Shown: piece by piece, positions 36,687 through 43,869 of the stretch | Position numbering within the stretch: the stretch's first letter is position 1 | How the letters are laid out: every line of letters begins with the position of its first letter | NCBI GenBank assembly: GCA_040882355.1 | Contig: JBBEBM010000009.1 | Coordinates: 1-43,869 of the forward strand | DNA length: 43,869 nt | Reading direction: 5' to 3' | From: Dehalococcoidia bacterium | GTDB lineage: Bacteria > Chloroflexota > Dehalococcoidia > DSTF01 > RBG-16-68-14 | Notes under the pieces: generated by a model | What the model saw: only the letters and a program-made list of their open reading frames with translations | The model's database searches: none | What the model was told of the DNA's origin: nothing | Translations under genes and position numbers: made by a program

Positions 36687-37934
36687 TCAGTCGTCCCGCG
36701 CGATGCGGTAGAGCGCCCCGTCCGAGTAGTTCAGGAAGTAGAGGAAGCCATCGGCGCCCGTAGTCAGGTCGGTTTCGCAGCCGGCGGCGACGATCCGCTC
36801 CTGGGCGACGCCGCCGTCGTCCGCGAACGTGATCTCGTGGATCGCTCCTCCGACGTGGAACTGGCAGTAGTAGAGCTTGCCGGTGAAGTCGGAGAGCACA
36901 TCGCTGGAATAGAACTCCATGCCCGCCATGCCCACGACCTCGTTGTAGAACGTCAGCGGCGGTTCGATCTGGTCTGCGGGCACATCGAAGTTCTGGCCGG
37001 GCCAGCCGTAGTTCGCACCCTTCTTGATCTCCACCACCGCGTCCTGCCCCCAGTTCCCGTTCTCGCCCGCGAAGATGCGTCCCGTCTCCGGGTCGATGGC
37101 AACGTCGTACGGGTTGCGCAGCCCGTAGGCGTAGACCGGGCCCCCGAACGGGTTGTCGGAGGCGTAGCTGCCGTCCTTGTTGAGGTGGATCACCGAGCCG
37201 AACGGCGTCTGCGGATTCTGGGCCTCGTTCGCTACCACGTGGTCGCCGACGCCGACGAACAGCGTGCCGTCAGGCGCGAAGCGCATTCCACCGCCGACGT
37301 GACAGCAGGGCGACTCGCCCTCCCACGACCAGATCTCCACCGGATCGCGGGCGCGGTCATCGTCTTCGCGCACACGGAGGATCTCGACCCGGCGCGGGTT
37401 GTCCGCCGTGTAGTAGAAGTAGACGTAGTGGTTGTCCTCAAAGTCGGGGTCGATGGCGAGGCCGGTCAGCCCGTGCTCCTCGACCGTCTCCGGTGTGTAC
37501 ACGTCGACGGTGAAGAACGGGTCGCCGCGCAGCTCGCCGTCGTCCACGATCCGCACGGCGCCGAGCTGCTCCGCGATGAAGATGCGTCCATCCGGCGCCG
37601 CGGCCATCTGCGTCGGCATCTCCAGGCCGTCCAGCACGTACTCGATGCGGTAGTCCTTCGGCAGCGGCCGGAAGACCCACGGTTCGTCGTGCAGGCCTGT
37701 GGCCAGCCAGGGGTCGTGGCCCCAGCGCTGCCGCGTCGCCGACGTCGGCTCCGGCGTCGGGAACTCGAACGGCGGGTCCGCGGCGTTACCGGGCTCGGCT
37801 GTGGCGGTGGGGCTCCCCCGCGCCTCGGTCGGGGTCGGCTCAGGCTCATCGCCTCCGGACCGGCAGGCGACGACAGCGATCAGCCCGACGACAAGGGCCG
37901 CGCCGATCCAGCGTGTCGCCTGCCCGAAGGGCAT
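36687..37934 (-). CDS. PQQ-dependent glucose/sorbosone dehydrogenase family lipoprotein
   Basis: Lipobox-like VVAC; APDGRIFIAEQ, GLAIDPDF, HVGGGMRFAPDG, YAYGLRNP, NYGWP. Confidence 0.88.
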   Translation of the reverse strand: MPFGQATRWIGAALVVGLIAVVACRSGGDEPEPTPTEARGSPTATAEPGNAADPPFEFPTPEPTSATRQRWGHDPWLATGLHDEPWVFRPLPKDYRIEYVLDGLEMPTQMAAAPDGRIFIAEQLGAVRIVDDGELRGDPFFTVDVYTPETVEEHGLTGLAIDPDFEDNHYVYFYYTADNPRRVEILRVREDDDRARDPVEIWSWEGESPCCHVGGGMRFAPDGTLFVGVGDHVVANEAQNPQTPFGSVIHLNKDGSYASDNPFGGPVYAYGLRNPYDVAIDPETGRIFAGENGNWGQDAVVEIKKGANYGWPGQNFDVPADQIEPPLTFYNEVVGMAGMEFYSSDVLSDFTGKLYYCQFHVGGAIHEITFADDGGVAQERIVAAGCETDLTTGADGFLYFLNYSDGALYRIARDD

Positions 37935-37940
37935 CTCGCC

Positions 37941-38432
37941 CTAGCCCGCCTTGCGTCCCCAGAAGCGCCACCAGGCCCCCCGGGGCCGGGCATCGGATTC
38001 GACAACGGCAGCGGGCTCGGGCGCTGCCCGCTCCAGCCTGCGGCGGAGCTGGAGCATGTGCCCCGCAAGCTGCGACGCCTCGTCTGGCTCCGCTTCGACC
38101 TCCGGGAAGAGCCGTCGCAGCGTCGCGTCGAAGGCGGGCGAGGCCGTCCGCCGCCCGCCGCCCGGCATCGGGTCGAGCAGGGGGTACGTCTTCAGCTCGT
38201 TCACGGCCCCCGCCATCGCTTCGACGAGCCGCTGGTGCTGGCGTTCGTCGAGATCGATCGCGGCGACGGCCTTGTCGAGCTGAGGCTCCAGCGACTGCGC
38301 CACCTCGGCCAGTCCGTGCGCGGCGGGCGCCCTCGTCTCCGGGTCGAGCTCCGCGCCCGGCCGGGCGAGGTGGTACTGCAGCGCAAGGTAGGTCAGCCGC
38401 GCGTCGAGGTTGGGGAGCTGGACGGTGGTCAT
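37941..38432 (-). CDS. Hypothetical protein
   Basis: 163-aa ORF with GAGGA RBS, ends WWRFWGRKAG, 6 nt from the next gene. Confidence 0.7.
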   Translation of the reverse strand: MTTVQLPNLDARLTYLALQYHLARPGAELDPETRAPAAHGLAEVAQSLEPQLDKAVAAIDLDERQHQRLVEAMAGAVNELKTYPLLDPMPGGGRRTASPAFDATLRRLFPEVEAEPDEASQLAGHMLQLRRRLERAAPEPAAVVESDARPRGAWWRFWGRKAG

Positions 38433-38472
38433 GGGTTTCCTCACCAGCCTAGCAGAAGCGCGGGTTAGGTCT

Positions 38473-38488
38473 GTTACCAAGTTGTTAC
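38473..38488 (-). promoter_or_regulatory. GTAAC-n6-GTAAC direct repeat upstream of the hypothetical/PQQ-dehydrogenase genes
   Basis: Plus strand GTTAC at 38473 and 38484 (11-nt spacing). Confidence 0.45.
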
Positions 38489-39540
38489 AGTCCGTGCAGC
38501 GCCCGCACCTCCGCCAGCAGCGGCGTGACGTCCGGCGCGCGCGCGACATCGGCGGGCAGGCCGAGCGGGTCGGGCGCCGGCGTCTCGCCCAGCAGCAGCT
38601 CGATCACGCGGCGGACGCCCCAGGGCAGTGCCGTCAGGTGATAGCCGCCCTCCAGCGCGAAGACGATCCGCCCCGCGCACAGCCCGTCGGCGAGCGCGAT
38701 TAGCCGCTGCGTCAGCGCGCCGTAGCCATCGACGCTGAGCGACATGCCTGCCAGCGGGTCGGCGAAGTGGGCGTCGAACCCGCACGAGACGAGCAGCAGC
38801 TCCGGCCTGAAGCGCCGCACCACCGGCTCGACGACCTGCTCGAACGCCGCGGCACATTCGGCGTCGCCGCTGCGCGCGGGCAGCGGGATGTTCACGTTCG
38901 CGCCGCGTCCAGCGCCCGCGCCGATCTCCTGGGCGGGGCCGGTGCCCGGATAGAACGGGTACTGGTGGGTCGAGACGTAGAGCACAGACGGGTCGTCGTA
39001 GAAGACGTCCTGCGAGCCGTTGCCGTGGTGGACGTCGATGTCCACGATCGCGACGCGCTCCAACCCATGCCGTCGCTGGCCGAAGCGCGCGGCGACGGCC
39101 ACGTTGTTCATCAGGCAGAAGCCCATCGCCTGGGCGGGCCGGGCGTGGTGGCCGGGCGGCCGCACGGCGCTGAACGCCGATCGCACCCCGCCCGACAGCA
39201 CCGCCTCGATCGCCTCCAGGCACGCGCCCGCCGACTGACGAGCGGCGGCGCACGAGCCCGGCACGATGTACGTGTCGGGGTCGGCCCAACCGCCGCCCTC
39301 GCGACAGGCGCGCTCCAGCGCCTCGACGAACGCCGCCGGGTGCACCCACGACAGCTCCTCGTCCGTCGCGTCGCGCGGCTCCAGTCGCAGCATGCGATCG
39401 AGGACGCCGCTCTCTTCGAGCAGCGCGAGCACCGCTTCGAGCCGCTCGGGCCCCTCCGGGTGGCCCTCCACGCAGTGCCCGACGTGCAGCGGGCTCGTGA
39501 CGAAGCCTACGGCCACAGGGCCAGGTCCCGTTCTAGCCAC
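38485..39540 (-). CDS. Histone deacetylase family (AcuC/AphA-like) hydrolase; start may be 39516
   Basis: HPE, RPPGHHA, MGFC, DIDVHHGNG, YPGTG, GFDAH, LEGGY. Confidence 0.94.
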   Translation of the reverse strand: MARTGPGPVAVGFVTSPLHVGHCVEGHPEGPERLEAVLALLEESGVLDRMLRLEPRDATDEELSWVHPAAFVEALERACREGGGWADPDTYIVPGSCAAARQSAGACLEAIEAVLSGGVRSAFSAVRPPGHHARPAQAMGFCLMNNVAVAARFGQRRHGLERVAIVDIDVHHGNGSQDVFYDDPSVLYVSTHQYPFYPGTGPAQEIGAGAGRGANVNIPLPARSGDAECAAAFEQVVEPVVRRFRPELLLVSCGFDAHFADPLAGMSLSVDGYGALTQRLIALADGLCAGRIVFALEGGYHLTALPWGVRRVIELLLGETPAPDPLGLPADVARAPDVTPLLAEVRALHGL

Positions 39541-39620
39541 CGATAGGCACAGACTTTCACAGATTCATCGTTCTCGCGCTACCCGTCAATCTGTGTTTCA
39601 TCTGTGTGAATCTGTGGCTA
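39534..39620. repeat. Palindromic element with tandem CACAGAT / ATCTGTG units
   Basis: TAGCCAC...CACAGAC...CACAGATT // AATCTGTG...ATCTGTG...AATCTGTGGCTA. Confidence 0.7.
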
Positions 39621-39670
39621 ATCTCCGCGTTTCATTCGGGCCAGTGTGCGGCGATAATGGAGCAGCGCCC

Positions 39671-40120
39671 ATGTCTCGCGTCCTCTACTTCGCCTACGGA
39701 GCCAACATGGAGTCGCGACGCTTCAAGCGCCGCTGTCCGAGCGCGGCCGTCCTCGGCCGGGCGCGGCTGCCGGACTACCGGCTCGCCTTCACGCGCTACT
39801 CGCGCGCCGAGCGGGGCGGCGTAGCCGACATTGTAGCGCAGCCCGACGCCGAGGTCTGGGGCGCCCTCTACGACATCGACGAAAAGTGCTTCGTCGCGCT
39901 CGACGAATACGAAGGAGCGCCGCGCGCCTACCGTCGCGAGACCGTGCGCGTCGTCGACGACGCGGGCGACGCGCACGACGCCGTCGCCTACATCGCGAAC
40001 AAGACGGGCGACTTCGCCCCCAGCCGCCAGTACCTCGCCCTCATCGCCCAGGGGGCCCGCGGCCACGGCCTCCCCGACGAGTACGTCCAGGGCATCGAGG
40101 GCGTGCGGACGCACGCGTAA
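39671..40120 (+). CDS. Gamma-glutamylcyclotransferase family protein
   Basis: LYFAYGANM, VWGALY, LDEYEG, PSRQY. Confidence 0.9.
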   Translation: MSRVLYFAYGANMESRRFKRRCPSAAVLGRARLPDYRLAFTRYSRAERGGVADIVAQPDAEVWGALYDIDEKCFVALDEYEGAPRAYRRETVRVVDDAGDAHDAVAYIANKTGDFAPSRQYLALIAQGARGHGLPDEYVQGIEGVRTHA

Positions 40121-40122
40121 CG

Positions 40123-41985
40123 ATGTTCGTGATAGGGACCGCAGGCCACGTCGATCACGGCAAGTCCGTGCTGGTGGAGGCGCTCACGGGCATCAACCCC
40201 GACCGGCTGCGCGAGGAGAAGGAGCGCGGCATGACGATCGACCTGGGGTTCGCCTGGATGACGCTACCGTCCGGTCGCCAGGTGAGCATCGTCGACGTGC
40301 CCGGGCACGAGCGCTTCATCAAGAACATGCTCGCGGGCGCGGGCGGCGTCGACCTCGCGCTGCTCGTCATCGCGGCGGACGAGGGTGTCATGCCCCAGAC
40401 GCGCGAGCACCTCGCCATCCTCGACCTGCTCGGCGTCGCCAGCGGCGTGCTCGTCATCACGAAGCGCGACCTCGTCGAAGAAGAGATGCTCGCGCTGGCC
40501 GAAGCGGACGCGCGCGAGGCCGTCGCGGGCACGACGCTCGCCGGCGCGCCGCTCGTCGCCTGCTCCGCGCTCACCGGCGACGGCCTCGACGAGCTGCGCC
40601 GCGTCCTCGACGAGCAGCTCGAAGCGACGGCGGCGAAGCGCGACGTCGGCCGCCCGCGCCTGCCCATCGACCGCTCGTTCACGATGTCCGGCTTCGGCAC
40701 GGTCGTCACCGGCACGCTGATCGACGGCGCGCTCGAAGTCGGCCAGGAGGTCGAAATCGTCCCGGGCGATCTCCGCGCGCGCATCCGCGGCCTCCAGAGC
40801 CATCGAGAGCAGGTCGAGCGGGCGCTGCCCGGCTCGCGCACCGCCGTCAACCTGGCGGGCGTCGCCAAGGACGACGTCCGGCGCGGCCAGGTGCTCGCCC
40901 TGCCCGGCACGATTCGCGCGACGAACGTCCTCGACGTGCGCCTGCGCGCGCTCGCGTCGAACCGCCGCCCGCTCCGCCACGACACGTCGCTCACGCTCCA
41001 CGTGCTCTCGGCGGAAGCGCCGGCGCGCCTGCTGCTGCTCGACCGCGACGAGCTCGCGCCGGGCGACGAGGGCTGGGCGCAGCTCCGCCTCGGCGAGCCG
41101 GTCGCCGCCGTCAAGGGCGACCGCTTCGTCCTGCGCACGCCCAACGACACCGTCGCCGGCGGCGAGATCGTCGATACGCGCCCCAAGCGCCACCGTCGCT
41201 TCCACGCGCCGACGCTCGACGCGCTCGAGACGCTGTTGCGCGGCTCACCTGTCGAGGCGCTCCTCGCCACGCTCGCTCGCATCGAGCCCGCTTCGCTTGA
41301 CGCGCTCGCCCGCGAGACGAACGCGTCGCTGGACGAGCTGCGCGCGTCGGTCGAGGCGCTCGTGCAGGAGGGCCGCGTCGTCGCGCTCGGCAACGCGCTG
41401 CTCATCACCGCCGACGGCTTCGCCGCGCTGGGCGAACGGGCGCGCGCCGCCATCGACGCGTACCACCGAGAGCACCCAACGCTTCGGGGCGTGCCGCGCG
41501 AGGAGCTGCGCAGCCGCCTCCGGCTCGACGAGCGCGTCTTCGCCGCCGCGCTGGCCCGCTGGTGCGACGACGGCCTGCTCGTCGAAGCGGGCGCCGCAGT
41601 CGCGCTTCCCGGCCACGCGCCCAGCCTCACCCCCGCCCAGCAGGCCGAGGCCGACGCCTACCTCGCATCGATCGCCGCGAGCCCGCACGCGCCGCCCACC
41701 GACCGGGCGCCCTCGGCGGAGCTGCTCGCGTACCTCGAAGACGCCGGGCGCGTCGTCTCCGTCGGCGACGGCGTCGTCTTCACCGCCGAGGCCTATCGCG
41801 AGATGGTCGACCGCGTCACCGACCACCTCCGCCGCGAAGGCGCGATCACCCTCGGCCAGACGCGCGACCTCTTCGCCACCACCCGCAAGTACGCCCAGGC
41901 CCTCCTCGAGCACCTGGACGAGCGCCGCGTGACGCGCAGGGTGGGCGACGAGCGGGTGCTGCGGGAGCGGTCTGGCAACGGATAG
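40123..41985 (+). CDS. selB: Selenocysteine-specific translation elongation factor
   Basis: IGTAGHVDHGKS, EEKERGMTIDLGF, DVPGHERFIKNMLAG, TKRD, C-terminal TRKYA..LLEHLD...RVGDER. Confidence 0.96.
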   Translation: MFVIGTAGHVDHGKSVLVEALTGINPDRLREEKERGMTIDLGFAWMTLPSGRQVSIVDVPGHERFIKNMLAGAGGVDLALLVIAADEGVMPQTREHLAILDLLGVASGVLVITKRDLVEEEMLALAEADAREAVAGTTLAGAPLVACSALTGDGLDELRRVLDEQLEATAAKRDVGRPRLPIDRSFTMSGFGTVVTGTLIDGALEVGQEVEIVPGDLRARIRGLQSHREQVERALPGSRTAVNLAGVAKDDVRRGQVLALPGTIRATNVLDVRLRALASNRRPLRHDTSLTLHVLSAEAPARLLLLDRDELAPGDEGWAQLRLGEPVAAVKGDRFVLRTPNDTVAGGEIVDTRPKRHRRFHAPTLDALETLLRGSPVEALLATLARIEPASLDALARETNASLDELRASVEALVQEGRVVALGNALLITADGFAALGERARAAIDAYHREHPTLRGVPREELRSRLRLDERVFAAALARWCDDGLLVEAGAAVALPGHAPSLTPAQQAEADAYLASIAASPHAPPTDRAPSAELLAYLEDAGRVVSVGDGVVFTAEAYREMVDRVTDHLRREGAITLGQTRDLFATTRKYAQALLEHLDERRVTRRVGDERVLRERSGNG

Positions 41986-42020
41986 CAGAACGGATTAACG
42001 GATGGCGGCCGGTGCGGCCC

Positions 42021-42099
42021 GTAGGGGCGGGTCTCAGACCCGCCCACAAACGTCACCCTGTCGTGCGCCCTTGTGGGGCGGCTCGCGAGCCGCCCCTAC
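42021..42099. repeat. GTAG-type REP inverted doublet
   Basis: GTAGGGGCGGGTCTCAGACCCGCCC ... GGGGCGGCTCGCGAGCCGCCCCTAC. Confidence 0.8.
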
Positions 42100-42168
42100 A
42101 GGCGTTTGCCTGCGTGCACAGCGCCCCCTCGCGCCCACCCACCCTCGTGTTACGATTGCTCCGCTAAC

Positions 42169-43689
42169 GTGGAATACGACGACATCATCGTGGGCGCCGG
42201 GTCGTGCGGGTGCGTGCTCGCCGCCAGACTGAGCGAGGACGGGCAGCGCCGCGTCCTGCTGCTCGAAGCGGGCCCTGATTACCCGACGCTCGACGCCCTG
42301 CCGCACGACCTGCTCGACTATCGCCACGTCGGCTCGGACGACCACGACTGGCACTTTCAGGCCGAGGCGGTGCCAGGCAGGCGGATCGACTTCCCGCGCG
42401 GCAACGTCGTCGGCGGATCGTCCGCGATCAACGGCGCGATCGCCCTGCGCGGCACCCCGGCCGACTTCGATGAGTGGTCGCGCCTCGGCAACGACGAGTG
42501 GTCGTGGGAGAAGGTGCTCCCCTTCTTCCGCCGCCTCGAAGCGGACCCGGACGGCGATGCCGCTCTGCACGGCCGCGCCGGCCCGCTCCCGATCCGCCGC
42601 GCGAAGCGGCCCGAGTGGATCTCGATGCAGCAGGCGTTCTTCCAGGCCTGCCGCGCCCTCGAGTTCGACGAGGCCGACGACCAGAACGACCCCACCGCGA
42701 CGGGCGTCGGACCGTCGCCTAACAACGCGCCCTTCGGCGTCCGCGTATCGACCGCGATGGCCTATCTCGGGCCCGCGCGCCACCGCGAGAACCTGACGGT
42801 TCGCGCATCGGCGCCGGCGCGACGCGTCATTTTCGAGGGCGAGCGAGCCGCCGGCGTCGAGCTGGCGAACGCGTCCGGCGAAGTCGTACGGGGCGGGCGC
42901 GTCATCCTCGCCGCGGGCGCGATCGGGTCGCCGGTCATCCTCCTGCGTTCGGGCATCGGCCCGGCGGCCGACCTTGCCCGTTGGGGCATCCCGATCGTCC
43001 GCGACCTGCCGGGCGTCGGCGGCACGCTCATCGATCACCCTCAGGTCGGCTTCAACTTCGCCGTCCAGCCGGGCACGCTCGGCCCCAGCGCACCCATGTA
43101 CCAGCTCATACTGCGCTACACCGCCGACGGTTCCAGCGACGAGAACGACATGCAGCTCTGTCTGTGGCACTACCCCGACAGCTCGTCGAGCCGCTTCTCC
43201 TCGATCCTCCAGAAGCCGCGCTCGCGCGGACGCCTCTCGCTGACAGGCGCCGGCAACGACGATCCGCCCGCGATCGAGCTCAACTTCGCGTCCGACCCGG
43301 ACGACGCGCGCCGGCTGGAGGAGGGCCTTCAGCTTGCGTTCGAAGTGCTGGGCTCGCCGCACCTCGAGCCGTTCGTCGGCGACGAGCTGCACTGGGACGA
43401 CGGCATATCGATGCCATTGGTCCAGGCGAAGGAGGCCATTGCAGACGAAGCCTTCCGCCAGGACTACGTGCAGCGTACGGTGGGCACCCTCTACCACCCC
43501 GTCGGCACGGCGCGCATGGGCCCGCCGACCGACGCCGGCGCCGCCGTCGATCAGTACTGCCGGGTGCGCGGCGTCGAGGCCCTCGTTGTCGCGGACGCCT
43601 CGGTGATGCCCGAGATCCCTCGCGCCAACACCAACCTGACCTGCATCATGATCGCCGAGCGCGTGTCGGACTGGCTGCGGTCATTGTAG
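42169..43689 (+). CDS. GMC family oxidoreductase (choline dehydrogenase-like)
   Basis: YDDIIVGAGSCG, LLLEAG, GGSSAING, LLRSGIG, YHPVGTARMG, ADASVMP, NTN. Confidence 0.93.
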   Translation: MEYDDIIVGAGSCGCVLAARLSEDGQRRVLLLEAGPDYPTLDALPHDLLDYRHVGSDDHDWHFQAEAVPGRRIDFPRGNVVGGSSAINGAIALRGTPADFDEWSRLGNDEWSWEKVLPFFRRLEADPDGDAALHGRAGPLPIRRAKRPEWISMQQAFFQACRALEFDEADDQNDPTATGVGPSPNNAPFGVRVSTAMAYLGPARHRENLTVRASAPARRVIFEGERAAGVELANASGEVVRGGRVILAAGAIGSPVILLRSGIGPAADLARWGIPIVRDLPGVGGTLIDHPQVGFNFAVQPGTLGPSAPMYQLILRYTADGSSDENDMQLCLWHYPDSSSSRFSSILQKPRSRGRLSLTGAGNDDPPAIELNFASDPDDARRLEEGLQLAFEVLGSPHLEPFVGDELHWDDGISMPLVQAKEAIADEAFRQDYVQRTVGTLYHPVGTARMGPPTDAGAAVDQYCRVRGVEALVVADASVMPEIPRANTNLTCIMIAERVSDWLRSL

Positions 43690-43869
43690 GGGCGGGTCTC
43701 AGACCCGCCCACAGACGTTGACCTGACATCCGGCGTTGCCTTCCAGGATGCTGCACGCCGAACGCGCAGACGCGTTATCACACCGGCCGAGCTGGTGGCG
43801 ACCTGAAGGTCGCCGCTACACATCCCATCAACCAAGGCGACATGTAGGGGCGGGTCTGAGACCCGCCCC
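43686..43869. repeat. Cluster of three GTAG-type REP units at the window end
   Basis: 43686-43710 and 43844-43869 match the 42021 unit; 43796-43819 is an inverted variant TGGCGACCTGAAGGTCGCCGCTAC. Confidence 0.8.

Noticed and set aside
39886..42168. tRNA-Sec (selC) or other tRNA/rRNA near selB
   Set aside because: No cloverleaf or T-loop signature seen; the hairpins there are REP units.

Overview
High-GC bacterial window that looks Chloroflexota/Dehalococcoidia-like (F420 genes, tungsten-type AOR, GlyQS, SelB, Chloroflexi-type C-terminal surface-protein domain); taxonomy is inferred from gene content only. It has one 10-N scaffold gap. Most of it is housekeeping and metabolic genes: def, CCA/HD nucleotidyltransferase, yajC-secD-secF, cofD-nucleoside phosphorylase-npdG-cofE, several SDRs, ilvD, two dedA genes, rimI, AOR-ACAD-MoaD, glyQS, ferredoxin, a deacetylase, selB and a GMC oxidoreductase. 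Accessory traces include a lower-GC mrr plus truncated SIR2-like islet cut by an IS3-like end, an MNT-HEPN fusion with only the HEPN half broken, a CTAG-flanked MITE and several short palindromic repeat families. The best candidate for an undescribed system is a DUF559 endonuclease gene bracketed by 63-bp direct repeats with internal palindromes. It sits in the 5' end of a PEP-utilising enzyme gene and appears to supply a recoded replacement 5' end with its own promoter. A stand-alone copy of the same palindrome is inserted in frame in a nearby GNAT gene with an exact 16-bp flanking duplication. All calls come from reading the sequence by eye; no database search was run.
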